Shown one piece after another: positions 26,901 through 40,900 of a DNA stretch of 64,000 nucleotides. This DNA comes from Selaginella moellendorffii (lineage: Eukaryota; Plantae; Lycopodiophyta). The DNA is taken from the NCBI RefSeq assembly GCF_000143415.4, contig NW_003314453.1, positions 20,902-84,901 on the forward strand, read 5' to 3'. Within the stretch, counting starts at the first letter, position 1; each line of letters opens with the position of its first letter. Both the position numbers and the translations under genes were made by a program. The notes below the pieces were generated by a model. The model worked only from the letters and a program-made list of their open reading frames with translations, had not been told where the DNA came from and ran no database searches.

Positions 26901-27370
26901 TCAAAGGTGTTGTTATTAGCAATTTTGGTGCCATATTATTATGGAACCTTGGTTAGAAGGGTTAGCTTGGGCACACCACCAAGTATGGGGATGTCCCCAG
27001 GTCATGGTCAACAACTTAAAAGTCTGGGAGACCTAGTACCTTTTAGTAGACATGTTAACATGTCAATATTAGATCACTAAGTGATCCTATGGCTAAATAA
27101 AGATAAATTCTTTATTAAGTTAAAGAATAAATTTCCTAGTTCAAAGCGTTGATTTGAACTGTTGGTGTGACTTGGTCAAGGTGACCAAATGGGAAAGACA
27201 CCCATGGTACCTATGCAAACACTGAAGTAGGTAAATTGTTTATAGAAGCTATGTGCTTTGGTGTAAGTCAAAAGTAAGACAAATTGAAGCCATGTGCTTT
27301 GGTGTAAGACAAAAGTAAGAAAAATTGGAGCTGAAGGTGTGCCATGTGGCAGTAGCCATGGTGGAAGTCC
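23960..27370 (+). mobile_element. Old family L internal region, interrupted by an inverted solo LTR
   Basis: 23960-25224 is colinear with 38100-39280; the sequence resumes at 26740 with deletions. Confidence 0.7.
25225..26739 (-). mobile_element. Family L solo LTR containing the satellite
   Basis: TGTAAGTGACTAA...GTGTCTCACA, colinear with 53219-54748. The flanks AGTAG/GATAA are only a degenerate match to the expected GATAG target. Confidence 0.85.
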
Positions 27371-29224
27371 AACAAGCATAAGATGTCTAGACTAAAAGCT
27401 CGAACTCAAAGAGTCGATAGCTAGTATGGAACTCCTAAAGAAGCACTTTAGAAATGAGCATAAAATAATTGATGTGTCGATGTCCAAGTCTCCCCCTTGA
27501 GCCAAATGTAAAATAGAGTTTGTGGGGTGCCATTGCCAGCAAATCTCACTAAAACACAAGAGCCACTTGGTCCTCCACTCCTCTAATTGACTTGGTTTCA
27601 CTTGCTCTTTTAGGATGGCATAATGAAGATACACCACTGCAAGAGTGAGTCTCCATCACAATGCCACCACCAAATGACAGTGATTCTGTGCCTCCCAAAG
27701 GGCTTGCACACCTGTAGCTCTTCAGATAAACTAGCACTTATGGCCCATCACCTCCCATATCAACATGCCAACTTCAGCCCCTATCTTATCCCACTGTATC
27801 ACATGCTCTATCCATGATGATCTTGAGACTGAATATGTCTCTATGCTAGACTAGTGGCTAGACCTTGTGCTCCTTCAAACCAGTGGAGAACATCCCCACT
27901 CCAAGCCTCAAACTCCAAAACATCTCCTAATTCTTGTGTCACCTTGAGGATCTATCACTATACCTATCTCACCATATTACATTCTCATAGAATATGCTGC
28001 ACTATCTCTTGTTCACCACACTCGCACCACTGGCATGCATCCTCTTGGAACTGCTACCCCACCACTAGTAACTTGTTGTTCACTGCCAACCAAGAGGTGG
28101 CCTTGAAAGAATATTCAACAAAGTCTACATTCAATAGAATCAAGAAACATACACATCAGTCCACTCTAGAATCATCATCCACTACAGGAAGTTAATAGAA
28201 AACCAAGATAAAACCAAACTCTATATACATGGATACTCATCTTTGAACTTTCCTAGATCTCCAACATCTATCTAGATAATAAAGACATTTGCCAAAGAGA
28301 AGAAAAACAACACCACCTTCAATACGAAGTACAATGAATCTAACTTCTAACCTTTCCATTACAACAAATCAAAGAAATCATCATATGACAATTCTTCAAC
28401 AAATCTTTTACACCCACTGGCACAGCTATACACAAATTACAAGACAAAGTAATACAAAGAGGAACTTGGGCAAAAGAATGCTGGATGCTGTAACTATTAG
28501 CTAAAGAAATCTGCTAGAATCTATATCTCGACACATAGACTACGATTGAAGATAAAAGAATACAAGAATCAAGAATCTGGAAACCTATTTCAACAAAAAT
28601 CTTGAGGACAACAACACTTAGAATACAACTACTACTTAGCTTAGATTTTTCAAATATTACTATTATCTAGAGAATGCAGACGCTCAAAGTGACTATATGC
28701 AAGATATTATACAATATAATTAGAGGTAAGTCACAATTACTTTACAACAACTTAACACAACAAGGACTTGTAAAAAGAGTAGCCATAGTATGCACCCTTG
28801 TTTGATCCCAAAGTTGGTGAATAACAACCTTATTGATGATTGATCAACTTTACTGAGTTGAGTACGACATAGCAACACAAATACCAACACAGAAGATCGT
28901 GTTAGTCTACACCACACAATTCTATAGCTACATAACATTTCTTCGAGAAAAACACAACAAAAAAAAGACAACAACAACAAATCCAACAAAATAAATTCAG
29001 GAAAGCAAATTCAAGAAAACAATAGCTTGAGAAAATTCTAGCACAACAAGCACAAACCCGACTCACTCAAGATGCAAGAATGAGATCAACAACAAAAAAA
29101 TCAAGAAAGTAAAAGACAACTCTAGCAACCTTCAACACTAAAGAAATAATAGAAAACTCAACCTCAAGAAGAAATCCTTGACATGATATTCAACAGCTAC
29201 GACAAAACAAACCAAGCAACAAAA

Positions 29225-30325
29225 GTAGTCTGAGACCAAGTCCGAGAACAAACCAAGCAATACAAGTAGTCACGAGACTAAGACTTAGTCCGAGTCCAAG
29301 TCCAAGTTCAAGACTGAGTCCGAGTCTAAGTCCAAGTTCGAGTCCGAGTCCGAATACTAATACAGATTGTTGGGTGAAAGCTCAAAGCGATCATCCCCCA
29401 GCCCCCAAGCGGGTGGGGGTGGGGGGGTGGGGGCTGTAGGGGGTTCCAAAAGTATAGTAGGGAGAGTGTGGGGGTTGGACTCCAGTAGAACTAGTTTCAA
29501 TAGGAAAGGCCAATGTGGTTCAAGGCTATAGTAAATATGGACAGACAAGTGGGGTAACTTGGTGAAGTGTTCAAGGGCCAACTTGAACTCCTCCAGGAGA
29601 TCGAATGGTCAATGCTTTCAATCTAGTGTGGGTGGCACTACCTACATGGATACATTGTATGGCTCATCAAAACCTCACTCTAGCCCCATAGCTAGGGCAC
29701 CCAAAGGCAGAAGGTGGGGAGAGTACCCATGAGGCTCATGTAGAGTCATGGTGTTTCGAAATGTCATCCCAAAATCCTAGACTGTGGAAAGGAAAAGGAG
29801 TAGTCCATTTGTGTAGTGACTAAGAATATGGTTATATGGTGAGGAAGTCCTAGAGGTCAGTGGGACTTAGTGGCCGGGCCTTTGGGCCTTGATCCAGTGG
29901 CAGTGTTGATGAGTACGGTTGTGGATGGGGATTTGGTGAGAACTGAAGAAGGGAAATTTGGAAGGAGTGCTCCCCATATCTCTGGGCATTTTAAGGTGCT
30001 AAGGTGTGGTCAAGGGATGACTACTTATTGATAGAGGACCTAGTCTTTGAGAGATGGGATTGTGATGTAGGTATTCTTGGACTACTAATATGATAAGGGT
30101 GAATGGGCATGGCCTTAGTTTAACAGGCTGATATGTTAGTGGTACCTTGGGGTGTCAGTCATAGGATTGGACATGTGGAGCACTTGGACCAAGTGCAAAA
30201 ACTAAGTGGCCTAGATGCCATTCATGGGGCTATTATATGCCCAAGTCAAAAATAGGATTTATGGAAGTTGTAAGTGAGACTGCTCTAAATGATCAAAGGT
30301 GTGGTGGGAAAAATTAGTTGCTTAT
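29225..30325 (+). mobile_element. Family L partial LTR (degraded)
   Basis: GTCCGA/GTCCAA repeats followed by the LTR body, colinear with 36600-37598. Confidence 0.8.
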
Positions 30326-30369
30326 GCCTTCATCAGTTCATGGGGCGCTTATGCTTATCTATGAATGCC

Positions 30370-32094
30370 TTTTGGTCTTTTTAATGCACTGTTTACTTCC
30401 CAAAGACTTCATCAAAGATTATGCAAAGATTGCAAAACCCCTCATCGAGCTTTTCAAGAAAAATCACGTCTATGACTAGACTCAAGACTGTCAACAAGCA
30501 TTCAACATGCTCAAGAATTCGTTAACAAGAGCTCCAATACTCACCCAACCAAACTAGGACAAAGACTTCACCATACAAGTTGACACCATTGATTATGTCA
30601 TTGGAGCAATACTTTATCAATAATAACTAGACCTCAAAGATTGACCAATTTACTATGCTAGCTGAACACTCAACTCAGTTAAGATGAACTACACCACCAC
30701 CAATCTCCTGAGTTTGGACTTCTCGGGAGGTCACCCAGCCTAGTACTATTCAAACTCAAGAATGCTTAACCCCAAATATCCCAAACCCTTAACCAATTGA
30801 CACTTTTGTTCATGGGCCCTTTCCTTTTATATTTAAACCCCTATGGATTGTCTCTTGAGTCATTCTTTTGGTTCTTTATAGAATAGTTTACGCACCACAA
30901 AATTTTGACACTACCTACTCGGCACTAAAGTCAAAATCATGATGGACCATAAAGCACTTCTACACTTCCTCAACAAGACCATCCTCACCAATAGAATTGC
31001 CTGATGTTCCTAGTACTTCAAGAGTACAACTTTGAGATAATTTATAAACCTGACAAACAACATGAACAAGCCAACCACCTCAACTGCATTATAACTGGCG
31101 AATAACCAAAACACAATATGGATGACTTTCCTGACTCTAAGATACTTCACATCCACACATCACTAACATAGATGGATGACATTTACTACCATCTCACAAC
31201 AGCAACAATACCAAGTCAATACTCCTCTGATCACCATAAGAAATTTGTTTTGAGGACAAGACCATATTCAGTCATGGGAGGAAAACTATATAAGAAAGGA
31301 CGAGACAAAGTACTACAAAGATAATTCACAAAAGAAATTATAGCTAGAAATTTTTTGCAAGTAAGACTTTGGTGGCCAACACTTTCACACAACTCAGCAA
31401 AATTTTGTCGAGAATGTGATATTTGTCAATGAACCAAGTATGTGTTAAAGAAACAAACTCAAGAGCTTCATCCAACAACACCATTGGAACCATTTCAATG
31501 ATGAGGACTCAACTTCATTGGACCACTCATAACAAGTTCCAGATGAAACAAGCACATCCTTATAGTGACTAACTACATTACAAAATGGGCCAAAGCTCAA
31601 CCAATGAAAATTGCAATAGCAAAGAACACAGTAAAGTTCAATCATCACAAAATACCCACGGATCGAAGAACACACTTCATCAATGAAACAATTAAGATTC
31701 TAACTCAAAAATTCATAATCAAGCATAAGGCTTCAACACTATACTACCCTCAAGGTAATAATCAAGTAGAGTTTACAAATAAGAACCTCAAGAACATCCT
31801 CAAAAGAATTGTGAATACAAATTAGAAAGACTAGGATGATTGCAGCCACGACGCCCTATGGGCATATCAAACCGCATATAAGGTCTCAACAAACTCAACA
31901 CCATTCAAGCTCTCCTATGGCTTAGAAGCCTTGACACTACTAGAGTATATTGTTCCTGTAATACACTACAATGTCAACCAAGAAGCATTAGTGAAGAAAA
32001 GATTAGCAATACTAAAAAAGCTTGACAAAGAAAGACTACAAGCAATTTGGACACTTGAAGCTATTCAAGATTGGAGAAAAGCCAACCATGACAG
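30370..32094 (+). pseudogene. Ty3/Gypsy (non-chromovirus, Athila/Tat-like) RT connection, RNase H and integrase, decayed
   Basis: FIKDYAKIAKPLIELFKK..CQQAFNMLKNSLTRAPILTQP..DYVIGAIL, NYTTT, WWPTL..CRECDICQ, GLNFIGPL, NYITKWAKA, TDRRTHFIN, YYPQGNNQVEFTNK, ALWAYQTAYK..TPFKLSYG; many stops. Confidence 0.88.
30702..30879 (-). mobile_element. Cassandra solo LTR inserted in the Gypsy RNase H
   Basis: 5S-like segment GGACTTCTCGGGAGGTCACCCAGCCTAGTACTATTC interrupts NYTTT..KFxHYL; ends are eroded. Confidence 0.85.
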
Positions 32095-34005
32095 TGTGAG
32101 ACACAAATCCCTAAGCCCCAAAGTGGAATAGAAAGGGTGCCACATGGTAATGGTCAAAGTGGAAGTCCAATAAATGTAACATGTTTTGACTAAAGGCTCC
32201 GACTTCAAAAGTCAAGAGTGGGAGTGGAATTTCAAATGAATTGCTTAAGGGATGAGCATGTAGCAATGACCAAGGATATAGTTGTGTGATGAGGAAGTTT
32301 TAAACGTCAATAGAACTTAGTGGTCAGGCCTTTGAGCCCAGACCTAGTGGTGGTGTTGGCAAGCACTGCTAGGGACAAAGAAGGATTTGGTGGGGTCTAA
32401 AGAAAGGATATTTGGGAAGGGTGTTACCTATGTCTCCGAGTATCTTAAGGATGCTAAAGTGTGGTCATAGGATGACCACTCATGAACGGATGATTTAGTC
32501 TTTAGGTGATGGGACTGTGGTGTAGGTGGTCTTGGACTATTTGTGTGATAAAGGGGAATGAACATAGCCTTAGCATAACAGGCAAATATGTTGATAGTAC
32601 CTTTGGGTGCCTATTGTGGGATCAAGCACATAAAGCACTTAGACCAAATGCTATGGCAAAGTGGCATAGAGGCCATTCACAAGGCTAGTAAGTCCTTAAG
32701 TCGGGAATAGGGCTTATGGAGGTTATAAGCGAGACACCTCCAAGTGGTTGAAGGTATGGTTAAGTGACTAAAGTAAAATGGAAAATTTAGTCACTTACAA
32801 TTTAGTATCTGAGTTGTTCCTTACTCCAACTTTTATTGGTGGTCGAGTATTTCACTAGTTGTATTGGCATCAGAAAGTCCGGGCCTATCCTCGAGGAGTA
32901 GCATGTAGAGATGGCATAACTCTCCACTTTAATTTATATGTGAATATATAGGCAATATGATGGGGTTAATAAGGGAATAACTTTAGGATTTTGGGAATAG
33001 TATAAGGTTTTCCTTAAAGAGTTGAGGATGTGATCCAAATGAGCATTTGACTTAGTAAACTTGTTAACATGGTTGTGATAAACAACTATAGTTAGGATTA
33101 TAGGGATGAAGACTTTAAGACTATAAAGGAGTTATAGGATTATCCTCATATAGTTGAGGATGGTGCTTATTTGAGACAAGAATAAGAATGAATTTGAGAT
33201 GAGAATTAATGATCAAATATAGAAGAGGACATAAATCTTTGAAATGATAGCCAAGGTTATATTTAATAAATGCTGGAACAACCCAAGGAGTTAGGAGGTG
33301 TGCTTAGAGGATGAATTGGTATTTTCATCATATAAATAGATAGTCCTAAAGGGCAAAGGTAGTCTATATGGAATAAAGAATAATCAAGTGTTGGAGTAAA
33401 ACTTGCAAAGATGGTCTTTGTGAGTAAGACATGAATATAAAAAGTGGTATTCTAGCGAGCTAGCACCTCAAAAGTAGTCATAAGGCTAAGACTTTACGAG
33501 TCATCAAATTTGCAAAGTTCAAAAGCTAGATGACTCAAGTGGAGTCAAGAGTGTGATGACCCAAATAATGATGTAACTATGAAAATATTAATAATGAGTT
33601 GTAAGACTTGATAACTATGAGACAACTAAGTAAAAGATGCAACATAATTGACTGGATTGGTAAAAGTTAACTCCCCAAAACTTATTATTAGGATAAAGAG
33701 GTTAAATATATCCCTTGGGGGGATAAATTGTTTATGTTATCATATAATAAGTCAATGTTGTAAAGGAAAATACTTATTGTTAAAGAAAGCTATCATTGGG
33801 ACACCTAAATATTTTAAAACACCAAGAAGTGGTGTTTGGTAACATGAGAGCATTAGATAAGGCCCAAGGGACTAAATCTTTAGCGAATAATAGATAGTAG
33901 GTGCTATCTAATAGAAGTCCATCTATCTGAATTGGACAAAACCAAAAGGGATTTTGACAAGGCTAGTGAAAGGGATATAAAAGCCCATGAGTAGCAATAT
34001 TAATC

Positions 34006-34994
34006 TGTAAGCAACCAAAGGGAACGACTTAAGAGATGGTCCATAAGGTTCAAATATAGAGGGAAAGGGCCCATGAACAAGAGTGCACCCCCTTTTCCAA
34101 ACGGTTAAGGGTCTTGGGATACTTGGGGTTAAACGTCCTTGGGTTAGAATAGTACTGAGTTGGGTGACCTCCCGGGAAGTCCAAACTCAAAAGCTTACAT
34201 TTGGTATCGGAGCGGTCTTAGGTCCGACTCTATTGGTTGGCTAGGATAATCACACCACATGTTGATTAACATCTGGCTGGTCCAGTTTGCTCCCGCTGGG
34301 CTCGACTCGAGGGGTAGGGTGTCAAGAGAGCAGGGCTCTCGGGAGAGTTGTGGCTCTCAGCTTCCATTCACGAGGGCGTGAACTTGCAGGGAAGCGTGGT
34401 AGATTGTAAGCAACCAAAGGGAACGACTTGAGAAACGGTCCATAAGGTTCAAATATAGAGGGAAAGGGCCCATGAACAAGAGTGCACCCCCTTTTCCAAA
34501 CGGTTAAGGGTCTTGGGATACTTGGGGTTAAACGTCCTTGGGTTAGAATAGTACTGGGCTGGGTGACCTCTCGGGAAGTCCAAACTCAAGAGCTTACATT
34601 TGGTATCAGAGCGGTCTCGGGTCCGACTCTGTTGGTTGGCTAGGATAATCACACCACATGTTGATTGACATCTGGCTGGTCCAGTTTGCTCCCGCTGGGC
34701 TCGACTCGAGGGGTAGGGTGTCAAGAGAGCGGGGCTCTCGGGAGAGTTGCGGCTTTCAGCTTCCGTTCACGAGGGTGTGAACTTGCAGGGAAGCGTGGTG
34801 GATTGTAAGTAACCAAAGGGAACAACTTGAGAGACGGTCTATGAGGTTCAAAAGAGGGAAAGGGCCCATGAACAAGAGTGCACCCCTTTTTCCAAATGGT
34901 TAAGGGTCTTGGGATACTTGGGGTTAAACGTCCTTGGGTTAGAATAGTGCTGGGTTGGGTGACCTCCCGGGAAGTCCAAACTCAGGAGCTTACA
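34006..34994 (+). mobile_element. Cassandra TRIM, tandem LTR-int-LTR-int-LTR array
   Basis: LTRs 34006-34199, 34405-34598 and 34804-34994 (TGTAAG...CTTACA), period 399 bp. Met-i PBS TGGTATCRGAGC after LTR1 and LTR2; purine-rich GGGAAGCGTGGTGGAT before LTRs; TSD TAATC on both sides; 5S rRNA-like segment in each LTR. Confidence 0.95.
34127..34182 (+). promoter_or_regulatory. 5S rRNA-derived internal Pol III promoter region (A box, IE, C box) in the Cassandra LTR
   Basis: GGTTAAACGTCCTTGGGTTAGAATAGTACTGAGTTGGGTGACCTCCCGGGAAGTCC compared with plant 5S AGTTAAGCGTGCTTGGGCGAGAGTAGTACTAGGATGGGTGACCTCCTGGGAAGTCC. Confidence 0.9.
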
Positions 34995-37900
34995 TAATCC
35001 TAGTATGTGGGATACAAGGTGAGCATATCCAGATTTAGGAACCACTCCCTAGATTATCAAGTTCTTCATCCTTGAGAATACTTGCTAAAGTATGATAAAA
35101 AGTATCCTCCTAATTTGGAGGAGAGCAACCAAAGGAAACGTATGAGGCCAAAAGAAACTAGTAAAGGGTTAGAACCAAAATATAATAATCAAAGGGTATA
35201 ACCGAGAGTGGTTATGAAAGTTGGGAGTGGAGAATCAAGTGGGTGCTCAAAGGTATTGCTACTAGCAATCATGATGTTATAGAGAGTCTAAAGCATGGAA
35301 TTATCCATGTTAAATTATATAGCAATAAAAAAGCTTGTGAAAGGAGAGACATTAACAAGCTAAGGGATAAATCCCTTTCATATTCCCAAAGACAATTTTA
35401 GGTAGGTTGACACCTAGAAAAACAAATGTAAATGATTCATGGGATTAGGTGAAATTAAAGTGGCACAACAGAAGTAAGGTCTTAAAGCTTGCCATAGGTG
35501 AGGCTATCANNNNNNNNNNNNNNNNNNNNNNNNNNNNNNNNNNNNNNNNNNNNNNNNNNNNNNNNNNNNNNNNNNNNNNNNNNNNNNNNNNNNNNNNNNN
35601 NNNNNNNNNNNNNNNNNNNNNNNNNNNNNNNNNNNNNNNNNNNNNNNNNNNNNNNNNNNNNNNNNNNNNNNNNNNNNNNNNNNNNNNNNNNNNNNNNNNN
35701 NNNNNNNNNNNNNNNNNNNNNNNNNNNNNNNNNNNNNNNNNNNNNNNNNNNNNNNNNNNNNNNNNNNNNNNNNNNNNNNNNNNNNNNNNNNNNNNNNNNN
35801 NNNNNNNNNNNNNNNNNNNNNNNNNNNNNNNNNNNNNNNNNNNNNNNNNNNNNNNNNNNNNNNNNNNNNNNNNNNNNNNNNNNNNNNNNNNNNNNNNNNN
35901 NNNNNNNNNNNNNNNNNNNNNNNNNNNNNNNNNNNNNNNNNNNNNNNNNNNNNNNNNNNNNNNNNNNNNNNNNNNNNNNNNNNNNNNNNNNNNNNNNNNN
36001 NNNNNNNNNNNNNNNNNNNNNNNNNNNNNNNNNNNNNNNNNNNNNNNNNNNNNNNNNNNNNNNNNNNNNNNNNNNNNNNNNNNNNNNNNNNNNNNNNNNN
36101 NNNNNNNNNNNNNNNNNNNNNNNNNNNNNNNNNNNNNNNNNNNNNNNNNNNNNNNNNNNNNNNNNNNNNNNNNNNNNNNNNNNNNNNNNNNNNNNNNNNN
36201 NNNNNNNNNNNNNNNNNNNNNNNNNNNNNNNNNNNNNNNNNNNNNNNNNNNNNNNNNNNNNNNNNNNAGATGGACCGAGACGGAGTCTGAGATGGAGTCT
36301 GAGATGGACCGAGACGGAGTCCGAGATGGAGTCCCAGATGGACCCGAGATGGAGTCCGAGATGGAGTCCGAAGTGGAGTCCGAGATGGACCGAGACGGAG
36401 TCCGAGATGGACCCGAGATGGAATCCGAAATGAAGTCCGAGAAGGACCCGAGATGAAGTCCGAGGTCGAGACCAAGACCGGGACCAAGATCGAGACCGAG
36501 ACCGAGACCAAGACCGAGACCGAGACCGGGACCGAGACCGAGACCGAGACCGGGACCGAGACTGAGACCGAGACCGGGACCGAGACCGAGACCGAGGCAG
36601 AGGCCAAGAGCGAGCCCGAGTCCGAGTCCGAGTCCGAGTCCAAGTCCGAGTCCGAGTCCGAGTCTGAGTTCGAGTCTAAGAGGGTGAAAGCCCAAAGCGT
36701 TCGTCTCCCAGACCCTGGGGGGTTTGGTGAGCTCCAAAAGTATAGTAAGGGGGAGGACTATAGTGGAGCCAGTTTGGCCAGGAAAGGCCAGTTTGGCCCA
36801 GGAAGGCCAGACCCAATGTTGGGTGATGAACTGACCATTGGGAAGTCCAAGACTAGAGTGAATACGGACCGACAAGCGGGGTAGCTTGGTGAAGTGTTCA
36901 AGAGCCGGCTCTAGTTCCCCCGGGAGATCGATTGGCCGATGCTCCCAGTCCAAGTGTGGGTGGCACTACCTACTTGGATACCAAGCGTGGCTCAATGGAA
37001 CCTCGCTCTAACTCCATGGCTAGAGCACCCAAGGGCGGAAGGTAGGGAAAGTACCTAGGTGGCTCGCGTAAGGCCACAGTGTTCCGAAATGTCGTCCCAA
37101 AGGCCCAGACTATGGAAAGGAAGAGGAGCAGTCCTCTGGGGTGTGACCAAGGACATGGTCGTGTGGTGATGAAGTCAAAAAGGGACTTAGTGGGGATTGA
37201 CAGAGGGATATTGGGGAAGGCTATTCCCTTTGTCGGTGGGCATCCTAAGGATGCTAAGGAGTGGATCTGGGATGACCACTTATGGATGGTTGGCCCAGTC
37301 TTGGAGAGACAAGATTGTGTTGCAAGTGGTATTAGACTACCAGTGCAGCAAAGGTGATTGGGCATGGCCTTAGCATAACAGGCTGCTATTTCGGTGGTAC
37401 CTTTGAGTGTCGGTCATGGGATCGGACACATGGAGCACTTGGACCAGGTGCAAGGGTTGAGTGGCATGGATGCCATTCTTGGGGCTAGCAAGTCCCAAGT
37501 CCTGAATTGGACTTATGGAGGTTGTGAATGAGACTCCTCCAAATGGTCAGAGGTGTGGTGAAGTGACTAATGTAGAATGGAAAAATTAGTCGCTTACAAC
37601 TTGGTATCGGAGCTGTTCCTTTGTCCGACTTTTATTGGTGCTCAAGTATATCACCATTGATGTTGGCATCGGAAGGTCCTAGGAGTGGGCTTATCCTTGA
37701 GGAGTAGCATGTCGAGAGGACATGGCTCTCCACTCAAGTTCATGCGTGAACTTCGGCACAATGTGGTGGATAAAAAAGGGGCCAATAATGGAACGACTTT
37801 GGGATCTTGGGAACAGTATAAGGTTTCCTCAGAGAGCTGAGGATGTGATCCAAATGAGTGTTTGACGCAACAAACGGGCTAACGTAGTTGTGATAAACAA

Positions 37901-40900
37901 CTATAGTTGGGATCACGGGAAAGATAAAGACTCCAAAGCAATAAAGGAGTCACAAGATTATCCTCATATAGTTGAGGTTGGTGCTCATGAATGTGAGACC
38001 AGAAGTAATGACTGTGGGAGGTCAAATACGGAAGAGGGCTCAAGTCCTTGAAATGGTAGCCGGGGCTACCTTTAATAAATGCTGGAACAACCCAAGGAGT
38101 TGGGGGGTGTACTTAGAGATGAGTTGGTATTCTCATCACATGGACAAGTAGTCCTAAGGGGCAAAGGTTGCCCCAGAGAACAAAATCAATTGTCAGAGTA
38201 ACACTTGTGAAAATAGTCCTTGTGAGTGAAGACATGAATGCAAGAAGTGTATTCCAGTGAGCTAGTGCCCGACAAGTAGGACCTTACGGGTCTGTGGATT
38301 AACCAAGTCCAAAACTGCTGGATGACTCAAGTAGAGTCAAGGAATGGTCCTAAAGGACTGATGGAAGCATTTGTACTGAAGTGTGTGGTACCCCACGAAG
38401 GATGGGGGGGATCATAGGATCCAAGGATGAGAATAGAGGGTATCTCATCGATGGCAAAATGTGCCATGCTAAAGTCGTGGGAAGGGTGTTCCCAAAAAGA
38501 AAACAACTTTGAAACAAAGTTGTGTGTGACCTCTATGGTGCAGTGCTAACAGATGGTTGGCATGAGAAAGAGTGGTATTGGTCTTGGCAAAGACTTAGAC
38601 ACAAAGAAGAAGTGTCATAGAGGTAGGCTCGTGAAGCCGATGGTGTGGAGACACCAAATGTGCCAAGGTGTGATACCTTGAGGCTATGTTGCTGGGTTCA
38701 TGAGAACCCTTTGCCAAAGGAATCCCAATGGAAATAGGAATGGCATAGCCTAAGCTGCAGAGCATGCAGTTGGAGTGTGGTGACCCAGATAATGATGGAG
38801 GTGTGGAAGCACCAGCAATGAGTTGTAGGACTTGACAACTATGAGGCAACTAAGCAAGAGGTGCAAAATAATTGGTTAAACAGGTAGAAGGTAACTACCC
38901 AAGCCTTCTTAATGGCATAAAGAAATTGGATATACCCTTATGGGGGATAAGTTGCTTATGTTGCGATATAGTAAGTCAATGTCATGAAAGGAAATACTCA
39001 TTGTCAAGGAAGCCGTCATTGGGACACTTGAACACTTTAGAACACCAGGAGGTGGTGTTTGATGTCGGGAGGGCAATAGATAAGGCCCAAGGGACTAAGT
39101 CCCTAGCGAATGATGGATAGAAGGTGCTATCCAAATGTCCAAGGTGGCAGAGACAGGAGAAGACTGTCTACTCGAATTGGACAAAGCTAAAAATGGAATT
39201 TTGGCAAGGCTAGCGATGGGCATGTAAAGGCCCATAAGCAACAACGTAATCTCGGTGTGTGGGATTATAGGGTGAGCATNNNNNNNNNNNNNNNNNNNNN
39301 NNNNNNNNNNNNNNNNNNNNNNNNNNNNNNNNNNNNNNNNNNNNNNNNNNNNNNNNNNNNNNNNNNNNNNNNNNNNNNNNNNNNNNNNNNNNNNNNNNNN
39401 NNNNNNNNNNNNNNNNNNNNNNNNNNNNNNNNNNNNNNNNNNNNNNNNNNNNNNNNNNNNNNNNNNNNNNNNNNNNNNNNNNNNNNNNNNNNNNNNNNNN
39501 NNNNNNNTCGCCCATTGAACTTTGCACTGCAAGTGTGGGGGATGCCCTAGGGTCATGGTGAATAACTTAAAAGTCTAGAAGATTTAGTACCTATTGGCAA
39601 ATTTATTAAGGTGTCAAGGCGAGATCATTAGGTGATTCTATGACTAAACAAGGATAATATCCTTGCTAAGTTAAAGAATAAGATTCTTGGTTCAAAGTGT
39701 TGATTTGAACTATTAATTATGGTATAAATTGGTCGAGGTGACCAAGTGGAAAGCATAGCTAAGGGAGATGAACTGTGTCAAATATGGTGAGTCCAAGAGA
39801 GTAGTCCCTAAGAAAGACCCATGAGAGGGTCACAAAGTTGAGCTATAAAGAATTATTAGGGGTGAACACCCGTAAACTTAGCAAAGCAAAGTTTTTGTTA
39901 TGGAACTAAAAGAATATTTTGAGGATGGAGGTAGTGACTGTATGTTGCTTGATACAACAATCATAGGAGCAAAAGACTAGTGGTCAAGATTCGGCCATGG
40001 AAATCATTGAAAGGAAATATATTTTCAAGGATGGATTCTTAAATGCTCCAATTTAGCGAAAGTGAAAGCTCCAAAGGAAGGAGTGGCAAGGTAGCCAAAT
40101 GATAGAGCTATAGACAACTCTAGCACAAATTTCTAACTATGAGAACAAGCCAAAGGGCATGCCATGTGTCAATGTGGCACACATTGAAAACCATAAAACT
40201 TAGAACAAACCAAAGCACATACCACGTGTCAATGTGACACATTGAAAACTGTAATGAATACATGGAACTTAGTGCTAAGTGTGGCATGAAATAGAAAAGA
40301 AAATGATGGTGCCCTCAAGGAAAGAACTTCCTAGGATGGAGAAGTGGAATTTGCACCATATGTGCAATGCAAGGTGTCAGAGACACCCAAGAAATTGACT
40401 TGAGAAGTCAAAATAAAAGCTCAAAAATGCAATAGTTATGTTGATAGAAATTGAGACTACTTGAGAATGAGTAGTGGGATTAAGATAGAGAAAGTATCTC
40501 TAACAGGTTTACTAAGGATTAAACTAATGAAGGGAGAGAACTATTACAAGTGGTCGAATGAGTCTTTAAGTTGGAGAGACTATACTCCTTAGAGGATAGA
40601 AAAGGCATGGTGAGCTTTTGGTATCAAACCATCGACGAATATTAGTTTGGGGCTAAGGATGGAAAGGGTAATGCATGCTAATGTTACTTTATAAAATGGT
40701 TTATCATTCAATAAGGACATCAAACTTCATCTATGGGTGGTGGAGTTGTGAGACATAAATCCCTAAGCCCCAAAGTAGAGTAGAAAGGGTGCCACATGGT
40801 AATGGTCGAAGTGGAAGTCCAACAAGTGTAATATGTTTGGACCAAAGGCTCCAACTTCGAAAGTTGAGAGTGGGAGTGGAACTCCAAACAATGTGCTTCA

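Noticed and set aside
27400-29220. gag/protease of the split Gypsy, and a PPT-like CTCCCCCTT near 27490
   Set aside because: Position is plausible, but the motifs are too eroded to delimit or assign.
34127-34980. 5S rRNA gene array
   Set aside because: Only about 56 nt of 5S similarity, embedded in TG..CA LTRs with PBS, PPT and TSD. This is Cassandra, not rDNA.
35445-36643. ORFs of 300-500 aa spanning N runs (and similar ones at 9344, 11432, 39095 and 51056)
   Set aside because: They are artefacts of assembly gaps.
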